Shown here in pieces: positions 31,705 to 41,443 of a stretch of DNA of 64,000 bases (the stretch's first letter is position 1; each line of letters opens with the position of its first letter). The stretch is taken from positions 38,316 to 102,315 of the forward strand of contig JBHLOC010000012.1 of NCBI GenBank assembly GCA_048940925.1, in the 5' to 3' direction. This DNA is from Promethearchaeota archaeon (GTDB lineage Archaea; Asgardarchaeota; Lokiarchaeia; Sigyniarchaeales; SOKP01). Both the position numbers and the translations under genes were made by a program. The notes beneath the pieces are model-generated. The model made no database searches. It saw only the letters and a list, made by a program, of their open reading frames with translations, and was not told the DNA's origin.

Positions 31705-33015
31705 TCAAGAAAACTTAATCTTCTTACTAATTTCTTTATTTAAATAAACGCTAATAGCAAAAATTATGCTAAATGTAATAATCAATTCATAACCTGGAAT
31801 CATTACTTCATTATCGATGTTACCACGCCATAAAAAAATTAATATATTATTATTACTGCTGTCAGTAATCATATCATTATAACCATCATTATTTGCATCA
31901 CCGATAAATACCGTTTCTGGATTACCCTCTACTTCTATAGAGATTTGAGGATTCCAATCGCTGATTTCATTATTCCATATTAATAACGAAATAGCAAAAG
32001 AATCATAACTTGATGTAATAATATCATTGTATCCATCATTATTCGCATCTCCAATAAAAACGCATTTAGGAAGATTAATAACTTTCTTTCGAAATCCAGG
32101 ATCCCAATCACCAGCAATATTATTCCACAAAAATATTGAGATATCATCTCCTCCCAAATTAGCAGTTACAATATCTTTATACCCATCATTATTAGCATCT
32201 TCCACATAAACCCAGTGAGGAATATTTCCAACTTGTTTATCAAATGAACCGTCCCAATCTCCATTGCTTGAATTCCATAATATTATTGAAATGCTATCAT
32301 CCAATGTATTTGCTGTGATAATATCATTATATCCATCATTATTAACATCCTCAACGACTACGTTCCAAGGATTATTTCCTACCCTTTTAGTTATTGGAGG
32401 GTTCCACGCCTTCAAAGTGTGATTCCAAATTAGAATTGTTATTCTATCAATTTGATCGTTTGCGGTAACAATATCATTAAAACCATCATTATTAGCATCT
32501 TCCACTTGAACAAAATGTGGATATAATCCAACTTTAATATTTACCATTTCTTCCCAATCATTAATTGTGTCATTCCATAGTAGTATTGAAACACTTCCAC
32601 TTGCCCAATTCGCAGATATAAGATCATTTTTACCATCATTATTCGCATCTCCTATATACACTCCATATGGACCTACTCCAGTTGTTAATTCAAAATTTTG
32701 GTCCCAATCACCCGATGTATCATTCCATAATAAAACGGATATATCATATCCATGAAGATTTGCAGTTACTATATCATTATACCCATCATTATTTGCATCT
32801 CCCACAAAAACAGATTTAGGAACATTTCCAACAGGACGTTTAATAGCAGTTTCCCATTCATTAGCAATTTGTTGGGACTCCGTACCATCATTCGATTCAA
32901 ACTTTCCTGCTTGTATAATCTTGTTAAAATTCAAAAGAATGAAATTAAATAATAAAGTAATAAATAATATCCCAAATACTACTAGAATTACTTTTCTCTT
33001 TGATTCAGATCTCAT
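31705..33015 (-). CDS. FG-GAP/VCBS repeat beta-propeller surface protein with IPGY-TM sorting signal
   Basis: N-terminal TM/signal; seven ~50-aa repeats; C-terminal IPGYELIITF... plus basic tail. Confidence 0.88.
   Translation of the reverse strand: MRSESKRKVILVVFGILFITLLFNFILLNFNKIIQAGKFESNDGTESQQIANEWETAIKRPVGNVPKSVFVGDANNDGYNDIVTANLHGYDISVLLWNDTSGDWDQNFELTTGVGPYGVYIGDANNDGKNDLISANWASGSVSILLWNDTINDWEEMVNIKVGLYPHFVQVEDANNDGFNDIVTANDQIDRITILIWNHTLKAWNPPITKRVGNNPWNVVVEDVNNDGYNDIITANTLDDSISIILWNSSNGDWDGSFDKQVGNIPHWVYVEDANNDGYKDIVTANLGGDDISIFLWNNIAGDWDPGFRKKVINLPKCVFIGDANNDGYNDIITSSYDSFAISLLIWNNEISDWNPQISIEVEGNPETVFIGDANNDGYNDMITDSSNNNILIFLWRGNIDNEVMIPGYELIITFSIIFAISVYLNKEISKKIKFS
31830..32835 (-). 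repeat. Seven ~150-bp intragenic tandem repeats (P-x2-V-x2-[GE]DANNDGYNDI-x-TAN...ISILLWN...W)
   Basis: Recurrent CCATCATT...GCATC(T/A)CC blocks at about 150-nt spacing on the + strand. Confidence 0.9.
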
Positions 33016-33173
33016 CTGATCATGATGATATAATTTAAAATACTCATATTATTGATAAATTAGTATTTATTAGTTATGAAAAGATCAAAAAGAAGTCTGA
33101 ATATTATAACTGATTTTTTTTTTAAGCATAATTTTTAGCCATTCAAATGCTCTTATCATTCTCATTTCTGTTC

Positions 33174-33302
33174 TTATTTTAAAGCTCCTTTTTCTTTATT
33201 TTTTTCATTTATTAATTTTGCTTCTTCTAAGTTTGTTAAATTATTTCTTAAACCTTCTGCTAATACGCTTAGCTTGTTTGCTGTAGCTGAGACTTCTTCC
33301 AT
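33174..33302 (-). pseudogene. C-terminal remnant of a methyl-accepting chemotaxis protein
   Basis: MEEVSATANKLSVLAEGLRNNL matches the MCP C-terminal methylation helix; only 42 aa remain. Confidence 0.6.
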
Positions 33303-33385
33303 TCGGAATGAATATAAAGATCTGTATTCTAAAAATTAGCCTATAGAAAATAAGTGGAGGTAAATGCTTTACCCCTCTATGATTT

Positions 33386-33733
33386 CTATTCCTGTATTTT
33401 AACATTTCTTAAAGGGACCCAACCTCTTTTTCCTTTTTCATTAGTTGCCCAAATCCAATCAGCTTCTTCTTTTTCAGCGATTAATAGTTCACCAATCTTA
33501 ACAGAGAGTTCAGTTGCTTCATAATCTTGTTCCATTTTACAAGTTTTTCCACGAATTTCAAGATACTTTGCGGGTACCCAACGGCTTATGCCAAATTTAT
33601 TAGTGCACCAAATCCAGCCTGACCATTCACTTTCTTTCTCTCCAATTATCAAGACTTCACCTTTAGTAATTACAAGTGGTTCTGTGTAATCAGAATCATA
33701 ATCTTCAATAACAAGATAACTTTTTTCTTTCAT
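33386..33733 (-). CDS. Tandem SH3-domain protein
   Basis: DYD-x5-L-x3-GE...WIWC...WVP-x2-YL and DYEATELSV-x2-GE...WIW...GWVP. Confidence 0.85.
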   Translation of the reverse strand: MKEKSYLVIEDYDSDYTEPLVITKGEVLIIGEKESEWSGWIWCTNKFGISRWVPAKYLEIRGKTCKMEQDYEATELSVKIGELLIAEKEEADWIWATNEKGKRGWVPLRNVKIQE

Positions 33734-33783
33734 TTCTTTATCATATTTTAAGTTTTTTAATTATCAAGAACAAGATTTAGTAA

Positions 33784-34191
33784 TTACTCTTTCGCAACCT
33801 TAAAAATTGAAAAGGTCCCATATGCTTTAGAAACTAGTACTTCCCCGTTCATAATCTCTGACTCAAGCACACCAAATGACTTTCCTCTGTGAATTACTTT
33901 TGTATTACAAATTAGTATTCCTTCTCTGACAGGTTTAAAATAGGTGATTTTAAGTTCTACTGTTGCACACAGCTCATCTTTTTCTAATAAAGAATATAAT
34001 GCTCCTCCCATACCAGTATCTGCCATTGAATACATAACTCCTCCATGAACTGTTTTATGTGGATTAAAGTGAACTTTATTTATATTTAAAACACATTGGG
34101 AATATCCAGTTTTCAATTCCGTAAACTCAAATCCTATTAAATCACCAAATGGGTGAAATCCTTTAGATTTAAGTGGATTAGGTTCAGACAT
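33784..34191 (-). CDS. PaaI family thioesterase
   Basis: NPHKTVHGG...AD-x2-MG, TVELKITYFKP. Confidence 0.92.
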   Translation of the reverse strand: MSEPNPLKSKGFHPFGDLIGFEFTELKTGYSQCVLNINKVHFNPHKTVHGGVMYSMADTGMGGALYSLLEKDELCATVELKITYFKPVREGILICNTKVIHRGKSFGVLESEIMNGEVLVSKAYGTFSIFKVAKE

Positions 34192-34296
34192 AATCTATAC
34201 AAAAATCAATTAAATTTAATGTTTATTGAATTCTGAAAACTATAAATAATGTCAGAGATTAAATACTTAAAATAATCTTTAATTGGGCGAATTAAT

Positions 34297-35514
34297 GTGT
34301 CAATTTTGTTTGATGCTATGAAAATTGGTCAAATGGAAGTAAAAAACCGTTTTGTACGATCAGCAACTATAGAAAATATGGCAAAAGATAATGGTGAAGT
34401 CACTAAAGAGTTTATAAAACTTCATAGAATTCTTGCGAAAGGAGAAGTTGGTTTAATTATTCCCGGATATATGTATGTTCATCCCTTAGGTCGAGCATAC
34501 AGATATCAAACAGGAATACATGATGATAAAATGGTACCTGGTTTAAAGAGAGTAGTTAATGCAATACATGAAGAAGAGAGTAAGATTGCATTCCAGATTG
34601 TCCATGCAGGGATGCAGACCTTTTCGAGATTAATTGGAGGAACACCTGCAGGCCCTTCTGGAGAAATCCTGAATCCTATTTCGGTTGAATATTCAAAACA
34701 AATGACTGAAGAAGAAATTCTAGATACAATTGAAAATTTTGTTGAAGCAGCTAAACGTGTGGTTGAAACAGGAGCAGATGCTGTTCAACTACATGCTGCT
34801 CATAGTTATTTAATCAATCAATTTTTATCACCTTTCTATAATCGTAGACAAGATGATTGGGGGGGATCAGATGAAAACAGATTTCGCTTTTTAAAAGAAA
34901 TAATTGTAAAAACCAGAAAGGTTTTACCTTCTGATTTTCCTATTTTAATAAAATTAAATACCAATGATTATACTCCAGATGAAGGTATAATACCTTCATT
35001 AGCAGCTCAATATTCTGAATGGCTAATAAAACTAGGTATTGATGCAATTGAGATAAGCTGTGGATCGGGATATTCTATTTTTAACATGTGTAGGGGAAAC
35101 ATTCCTGTTAGGGAAATTATTCAAGCTGTTCCAGATTATATGAAAGCAATGACAGAAAATGTGTATCAGGATATGGTTGGGAAATTTAATTTCGAAGAGG
35201 GTTATAATCTTGAAGCTGCTAAGCTAATTAAACCTATAATTGGTGATATTCCTCTTATCTTGGTTGGAGGTTTAAGAAACAAAAGTTTCATGGAAGGGCT
35301 AATAAAAAATGAATATGCTGATCTCATCTCTATGTCTCGTCCCTTTATTAAAGAACCTTTACTTGTCAAAAATATAAAAGAAGGGAAGCAAGAAGCTGCT
35401 GCATGTATTTCTTGTAATCGCTGTCTTGCGGCGATAGCGAATGATTATCCGATTAAATGCTATGAAAAAAAATTTCCAAAAGAAAATAAATTCACAATTT
35501 ATTTTCAAACATAA
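34297..35514 (+). CDS. NADH:flavin oxidoreductase (OYE family)
   Basis: KNRFVRSAT, QIVHAG, QLHAAHSYL-x2-QFLSP, CISCNRC. Confidence 0.92.
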   Translation: MSILFDAMKIGQMEVKNRFVRSATIENMAKDNGEVTKEFIKLHRILAKGEVGLIIPGYMYVHPLGRAYRYQTGIHDDKMVPGLKRVVNAIHEEESKIAFQIVHAGMQTFSRLIGGTPAGPSGEILNPISVEYSKQMTEEEILDTIENFVEAAKRVVETGADAVQLHAAHSYLINQFLSPFYNRRQDDWGGSDENRFRFLKEIIVKTRKVLPSDFPILIKLNTNDYTPDEGIIPSLAAQYSEWLIKLGIDAIEISCGSGYSIFNMCRGNIPVREIIQAVPDYMKAMTENVYQDMVGKFNFEEGYNLEAAKLIKPIIGDIPLILVGGLRNKSFMEGLIKNEYADLISMSRPFIKEPLLVKNIKEGKQEAAACISCNRCLAAIANDYPIKCYEKKFPKENKFTIYFQT

Positions 35515-35529
35515 TTTTAATTTAAAAAA

Positions 35530-36171
35530 GTGTTAATAAATATGGTTAATATCCGTTTTTTAGGAAATGCATGTGTAGAACTTATTGGAAAACAAGATCA
35601 TATAATTATTGATCCAACTTTCTTGAAAGAGCCACAGCCAGGAATTGAAAGAATTTTTTTGACTCACCATCACTCAGACCATTTTGATCAAGAAAAATTG
35701 CTGGAAATCGAAACCAATTTCTCAATGGAAGGTAAAGCACTTGAAATATATGGTCCTCTATGTGTATATGAGGAATTTGATATCAATTGCATTCTTATTG
35801 AGCCCACCTCAAAGATTGATCTTATTAATGGATATGTAGAAGTATTCGAAAATGATTGTTGGAAAGCCCCTGGATGTGTAGCTTATTTAATCACTATGGA
35901 TAACAAAAAAATCCTACATACCGCAGATTCTGCGGAGTTTTCAAATCAATTATATAATCTAAAAGGAGAAATAGATGTTTGCTTTGTTGCTTGTTTTGAA
36001 AACAATTTTAATGACTATTTAGAGTTTCTGAAGACTAAAGAATTAAAAAAAGCTTTCCCTTATCATTATAATTTTGAAAAAGAAGAGGAAGCAAAGAAAC
36101 TAGCTACTTTTCTTACTGAGAATGGAATAAATTCGGAATTCCTTTCAATAGGCTCAGAATATAAAATATGA
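35530..36171 (+). CDS. MBL-fold metallo-hydrolase (UlaG-like)
   Basis: IIDP, THHHSDH, HTADS, PYHY. Confidence 0.85.
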   Translation: MLINMVNIRFLGNACVELIGKQDHIIIDPTFLKEPQPGIERIFLTHHHSDHFDQEKLLEIETNFSMEGKALEIYGPLCVYEEFDINCILIEPTSKIDLINGYVEVFENDCWKAPGCVAYLITMDNKKILHTADSAEFSNQLYNLKGEIDVCFVACFENNFNDYLEFLKTKELKKAFPYHYNFEKEEEAKKLATFLTENGINSEFLSIGSEYKI

Positions 36172-36304
36172 GTCTTGAAAAGAATGAGATACCTCTTTTG
36201 TTGAATAATTCTTTTATATTGCTAAAAATTAAGAACTATATTAGAAAGATACATCTTAAGGAAATTCAATAAATATAATATTTAATAAAAAAAGGGAAAT
36301 TCAT

Positions 36305-36760
36305 ATGGAAAATGAGGCAATTCAAGATAAATGGCCTGAAATAGGTACTTATTGTTGGGGTTGTGGAAGGAGTAACGAGCATGGATTGCAAATAAAGAGT
36401 TATTGGGAAGGAGATGAATGTGTATGTACCTGGAAACCAAAGCGATATTATTGTGCATATCCAGGTAGAGGGTGTGGGGGGATACTTGCAACTATTCTTG
36501 ACTGTCATTGCCTTAATACAGCCGCTTCAGCAGCTCACAGAGCAGAAGGTCGAGAAGAAGGAACTGATCCTCCAATTATGTACGCAACAGGAACTTTATC
36601 GGTAAAATTTCTAAATCCCGCACCACTCAATAAACCATGGATTTTTCGGGCTCGAGTTAAAGAAATGAGTGAAAGAAAAATAACTGTATCTTGCTCAGTT
36701 TTCGCTAAAGAAAAAGAGTGTGCTAATGGTGAGATAGTTGCGATAAGAATGAGAATATAA
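36305..36760 (+). CDS. Hotdog-fold (PaaI-like) thioesterase
   Basis: CWGCG-x2-NEHGL, GGILATILDCH, TGTLSVKFL-x-P. Confidence 0.88.
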   Translation: MENEAIQDKWPEIGTYCWGCGRSNEHGLQIKSYWEGDECVCTWKPKRYYCAYPGRGCGGILATILDCHCLNTAASAAHRAEGREEGTDPPIMYATGTLSVKFLNPAPLNKPWIFRARVKEMSERKITVSCSVFAKEKECANGEIVAIRMRI

Positions 36761-36815
36761 AATAATTCCTTTTTTTTAAATTCTTGAATATAATCAATAA
36801 ATTAATTGCAAATAA

Positions 36816-37109
36816 TTATAAGTCATCTAGTTCAAAAGTATTATGTCCTTTCTTATGTTTTTTCGGGGTCTTAAAATCATCCTCGAATGATTTAGCGAAA
36901 TCTCCTAATTCTTGACGAGCTAGTATTTCATCATCATCAATCTTTCCAATCAATTCTTTATCAAAATCTAATTCACAGTTAAGACAGTGGATAAAATCTC
37001 CATAATCTATGACATCTCTCGATTGACACCTTGGACAATAGGATTCTGAATTAATGTTTTTCATAAATACCATGATCAAAATTTTTGTCAAGATCAATAT
37101 AAACATCAC
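36816..37109 (-). CDS. Small Zn-ribbon protein (real start probably ATG 37073 or 37064)
   Basis: CPRC-x12-CLNC, acidic tail. Confidence 0.65.
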   Translation of the reverse strand: MMFILILTKILIMVFMKNINSESYCPRCQSRDVIDYGDFIHCLNCELDFDKELIGKIDDDEILARQELGDFAKSFEDDFKTPKKHKKGHNTFELDDL

Positions 37110-37317
37110 TATTATTAAACTATTCTACAATAATGAAAAATGACAAAGTGAATAGATAAGTATTGTTGCGAATAATGTTTAATCCACAAAAAGATTTCAC
37201 AGAAATGCAAAAAAAGATAGGATTAGATAAATACTGATTTCCTTTCTAAAAATGACATATTAACAGAAAAACAAAATACCTAGTTCATTTTTTATATATA
37301 GAAGTAAAATAAAAAGT

Positions 37318-38157
37318 ATGTTCTTTCAAAAAAATAAAGTAATATTTCTCTTAATATTAATACTTGGGGTAATATTAGGAGCAATTGCAGTTGTCTTATT
37401 ATATGGTTTTAACTGGTCTATAATAGTAGAATCCTACCAAACACAAGAAGGAGCTCTAGGAGTTATACTTATTATTGGCATCCGAATAATAATTGTATTC
37501 TTAATGTCTATTTATACCTTCTATACTTGGTTTAAGCAGGAAAAACAGTTTTTCTCTGACATACCTTTTCTCTTTGGTATCTTCTTCTTACTGCTCATTT
37601 TTGGGAAGTTATTAGATTTATTTATCGATTTTACTTATTTTGAATTAGATAGCGAATTACTAAATCTTGTAGCAAAAACTCGATACCTTTTAGCAATTTT
37701 TGATCTCTTACCTATGATTTATCTTAGCATTTATATGATATTAATTTCGCTTTCATTAAAAGAACGATTCGCCAAATTATCTAATGAGAGATACCTAAAT
37801 AAGATAAGAATATGGATTGTAGTAATAATTATCAGCATTGAGATGTTTGTTTGTATTTTTATTATTAATATGGAAATTGCCCCAATCATATATCCTTTAA
37901 CCATACTTCCATCCCTGATTGCTATTGTCTGGTTATTTAGATTCGCCTGGAAAAATAAACGTCTTTCGCAGGTCAATACTCATATACTTATGATTGGATT
38001 TGGCTTATATTTAATTACATCAATCTTTAGACCATTATTACAATTTATTATTGGTGAATCACCTCTATTCATTATATTGATTGAGTCCATAGATATAATT
38101 ATCTTCATAATTATCTTTATTGGTTTCTATAAGAAGTCAAATTATCCCCCAGATTGA
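37318..38157 (+). CDS. Polytopic membrane protein (7-8 TM)
   Basis: Eight hydrophobic segments with short loops; no catalytic motif recognised. Confidence 0.7.
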   Translation: MFFQKNKVIFLLILILGVILGAIAVVLLYGFNWSIIVESYQTQEGALGVILIIGIRIIIVFLMSIYTFYTWFKQEKQFFSDIPFLFGIFFLLLIFGKLLDLFIDFTYFELDSELLNLVAKTRYLLAIFDLLPMIYLSIYMILISLSLKERFAKLSNERYLNKIRIWIVVIIISIEMFVCIFIINMEIAPIIYPLTILPSLIAIVWLFRFAWKNKRLSQVNTHILMIGFGLYLITSIFRPLLQFIIGESPLFIILIESIDIIIFIIIFIGFYKKSNYPPD

Positions 38158-38299
38158 AAAATTAAACAATTTTTTAAAAAATCTCTATCTTTTACTTAAT
38201 CCATATAAATTCCAATATATTTAAAAAACATTTTTTTTAGTTTCTTGAAAAGGTAAATTCAGAGTCTGATTTTTACTGGATAAATTTTGCAGATGATTC

Positions 38300-39499
38300 T
38301 TAACGTATTCTTTTCTCATAGACAATATGCTTTCTAATGGGAGTACAATGAGGAAAAATCGAATTAACAGCTTTCTGGTTATTTACACCCTTTGAGTTTC
38401 CTGTCCACACCGCAGTTCCTTCATAATAAGTTAGACTTCTCATTGACCTATTCGTGGCTTGCCCGAAGTTATTTAATGAAGAGAATACACCTTTGCCATT
38501 ATAGCCTTTCCGCACCATTGCTGTATGAACATTTATACGAGTTATATATTCGCCTCTCCAATACTGATAATAATCATACAATCCGATTAAAAGCCCTATA
38601 AGTTTCCCTGTTCTGCGTTCAATCGCCATTGGAAACATTGTTACCATGTTCTCTAAATCTGCCTCTTCCCATGCTTCTATAAATTCTGGAATATGAGAGT
38701 ATTTTTTAAACATATCTCTGGGGTCATGAAATCTAAAATGGGATTTGGGCGCATTTATGGCTAATTTAATAACTTCCAACAGATTTTCTCTCCCTCCACC
38801 ACTAGTATCTGGAAGGAGTGAACTAAAAGAGCTTATGGCAAGGTCTATAATATCATCAACCTTCTCCAGTAGTTCATCCTGGGTTACACAACATAATTTA
38901 AGAGAGTTATCTAGGTAATTACCTCTTTTCCATGATTCTTCATCGACTCGTAGACATGTATATTCGGATTCGGGGATATACCCTAAGCGTTCAAGATACG
39001 TTGATAATTCAGAAAAGGGATCATCAAACCCTACTCCATATAATAATTGTTCATTAAATCCTTCAACCTGGAGACCAAATCCCATCTTGTTTTTAGGATA
39101 ATTAAAAGGTCCTCTCATCTTCCTAAACTTGTGTTCTTTTATAAATAATTCACAATTCCTAAGTAAATGTTTACAAGTATCAAAATTCTTTACATACAGC
39201 CACCCAAATGTACCACATTTCCGTCCATAACTTTTATACTCTGGACTTAAATCTGACAATACAATTCCAAAAGGTTTCCCGTCATAATACGCGATAAATA
39301 CTTTTAATTTATAATCAGGAATTTGTAGTTTTGATTGTATATACTCTAAATAGGTTTCTATTACAAAAGGCTTAACGCTTATATCTGGAACAAAAAGTAA
39401 ATTATCAAATGCGGTCTCGATCTCTTTAATATCAGTTGTATCATTAACCTTCAATAAAGATTCAATTATTTTTTCACTCTTCTGTAGTTCTTGTGTCAT
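38300..39499 (-). CDS. YghO-like double-GNAT-fold acyltransferase
   Basis: GTFGW, MRGPFNY...GLQVEGF, YLERLGY, and C-terminal V-x3-YNGKGV acyl-CoA binding motif. Confidence 0.6.
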   Translation of the reverse strand: MTQELQKSEKIIESLLKVNDTTDIKEIETAFDNLLFVPDISVKPFVIETYLEYIQSKLQIPDYKLKVFIAYYDGKPFGIVLSDLSPEYKSYGRKCGTFGWLYVKNFDTCKHLLRNCELFIKEHKFRKMRGPFNYPKNKMGFGLQVEGFNEQLLYGVGFDDPFSELSTYLERLGYIPESEYTCLRVDEESWKRGNYLDNSLKLCCVTQDELLEKVDDIIDLAISSFSSLLPDTSGGGRENLLEVIKLAINAPKSHFRFHDPRDMFKKYSHIPEFIEAWEEADLENMVTMFPMAIERRTGKLIGLLIGLYDYYQYWRGEYITRINVHTAMVRKGYNGKGVFSSLNNFGQATNRSMRSLTYYEGTAVWTGNSKGVNNQKAVNSIFPHCTPIRKHIVYEKRIR

Positions 39500-39652
39500 A
39501 TAACTTTCACGTAATTATCTAGTTAATGTGCTAATTGTCATTTTGACTTTTTAATAATAGATATTGCCTGCTCTTTTTAAAGGAAAAAAGTGATTTTTCT
39601 TTTAAATAGGATAGAAAAAAGATAATGTAATTACTTCCGAAAAAGTGATTAT

Positions 39653-40822
39653 ATGATTGAACAACAAAATATATGTAAGAAATGTATTTTACCTGAAGGA
39701 TTTCTTGGAATTCAATTGAATTCAGAAGGACTCTGTAACTTCTGTGTTGACCCCAACTATAAGAATATAAATTATTCCCGTACGATAAATAGTCCAGAAA
39801 GGACTTCAGAAGCTCTAAAGGATTGGAACCATGTAGTAAAGGATATGCAAAAGAAGCATACCCATAGAAAGTATGATTGCATTTTAGGATATTCAGGAGG
39901 TAAGGATTCGACTGCACTCTTGCATTACATGATAAATGATCTGAATCTAACTCCCTTAGCAGTAACTTCTGATACAGGATTTATGACAGATATAGCGAAA
40001 GATAATATGAAAACTACTCTTCAAGAGATTCAAGTAGACCATATACTTATTGAAAACTGCATTCCTGCTTTTATTAAGTTATATAAATACCATTTCTTCA
40101 ATCACACATCAAATGAGGTATTCTTAGCCCGAAATATCTGCGACTACTGTTCTGATTTAATCCATAGCATCATAGTGAAAGAAGCAATAAAACGGGAAAT
40201 TCCCTATGTATTATTCGGATACTCCCCTGAACAAACCTTCCGTTATTTCTATGAAATGCCCCATGAACAAGTTATCACAGATTGGAGACCAGAAATACTC
40301 GACAGCCCTTTTTTTGATGAGGATGATGCTAAATGGTATCTCACTGATGGAGAACTTGATAATGGTAAGCTTCCACGAGTAATACTTCCATATCATGTTA
40401 TACCATATAGGGAACAAGATATAATTGAATTAGTAGAGTCTAAAGAGTATATTAAGAAAGGACATGCCGATCCGCTATTAACAAACTGCAGTGTTGTTCA
40501 TGCCGCTACTTTTTATGATTTCAATAGATATGGCGGGATACTTTATGCCTGCCAATATGCTGAATTAGTGCGTCAAAATCCAGAATCACGGAAAAAATGG
40601 TTGAGAACACTTAAAATATCTGCTCCTTTAATTCTAGAAAATAAATTTAAAGCCAAAGAAGTTAATATGTTTTTCAAACAAATTGACGTATCTCAAGAAG
40701 AAATGCTAGAACATATTCATAAGCAATTACAAGAAGATCCCAATAGAAAAATAATAGAGCAAAATATCGCGATGTTTCGGAAGAAACGAAAGCCTCGACA
40801 GCAAATACCTGCAACTCCCTAA
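39653..40822 (+). CDS. PP-loop ATP pyrophosphatase, N-acetyl-sugar amidotransferase (WbpG)-like
   Basis: CKKC-x16-CNFC, YDCILGYSGGKDS, CDYC, TNC. Confidence 0.78.
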   Translation: MIEQQNICKKCILPEGFLGIQLNSEGLCNFCVDPNYKNINYSRTINSPERTSEALKDWNHVVKDMQKKHTHRKYDCILGYSGGKDSTALLHYMINDLNLTPLAVTSDTGFMTDIAKDNMKTTLQEIQVDHILIENCIPAFIKLYKYHFFNHTSNEVFLARNICDYCSDLIHSIIVKEAIKREIPYVLFGYSPEQTFRYFYEMPHEQVITDWRPEILDSPFFDEDDAKWYLTDGELDNGKLPRVILPYHVIPYREQDIIELVESKEYIKKGHADPLLTNCSVVHAATFYDFNRYGGILYACQYAELVRQNPESRKKWLRTLKISAPLILENKFKAKEVNMFFKQIDVSQEEMLEHIHKQLQEDPNRKIIEQNIAMFRKKRKPRQQIPATP

Positions 40823-40937
40823 TAACTTAATATTAAATTATTTTCTTATTCTATATTTAACCAAAAACAATAGGATAGCTGTCTAATAATAATCTTATGA
40901 TATATAATAGTTATAAGAGAAAAAAAAGTAGATAGAA

Positions 40938-41090
40938 TCATCGACAAAGATCTTTTTGAAATTTGTCTAACTCATCATTCCCAGTCTCCCCTGCTTCAAT
41001 AAGAAGTGTATAATCTAAATATTGTGTCCAGTCAATTTCTCTTTTCTTTACTATTGGAAATGGAATATTTTTTATTTTAGCTTCTGTCAT
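40938..41090 (-). CDS. Unannotated 50-aa small protein
   Basis: ATG 41090 preceded by GAGGTG RBS and its own TATA motif; MTEAKIKNIPFPIVKKREIDWTQYLDYTLLIEAGETGNDELDKFQKDLCR. Confidence 0.6.
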   Translation of the reverse strand: MTEAKIKNIPFPIVKKREIDWTQYLDYTLLIEAGETGNDELDKFQKDLCR

Positions 41091-41137
41091 ATGTACACCT
41101 CTAAATTATAATAATTTGTAAAAAAAATATACACTTC

Positions 41138-41156
41138 TATATTTAAAGGAAAAATT
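41138..41156 (-). promoter_or_regulatory. T-rich BRE plus TATA promoter motif AATTTTTCCTTTAAATATA
   Basis: 18 of 19 nt identical to the copy at 42785-42803; upstream of the 50-aa ORF. Confidence 0.55.
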
Positions 41157-41443
41157 AGTAGAAAATCAGATTTAAAAAATTAAACTTTATTTCTTAAAAG
41201 CATTCCAGCAAAAAAGAGGGATTAAAGATACAAGAATTGATAATAACTTTATCCTTTCAGTAAGTGGAGATGTGAATAAAAAATGTAAAATAACTGAAAT
41301 AAGAAGCAAAATTCCATTCATTATAAATAATTTTGAAATAGAGTTATTATGTTTAGACAATTAATCCTGTCATCATACTTGATCTCACCATGCCGTTAAA
41401 ATTCTTAATAGGAAACCTCGCCTTTAGGTTAGAAACAATAGAA

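Noticed and set aside
31830-32835. CRISPR-like periodic repeats
   Set aside because: The period is about 150 nt, in frame and degenerate at synonymous sites; these are protein repeats and no cas genes are present
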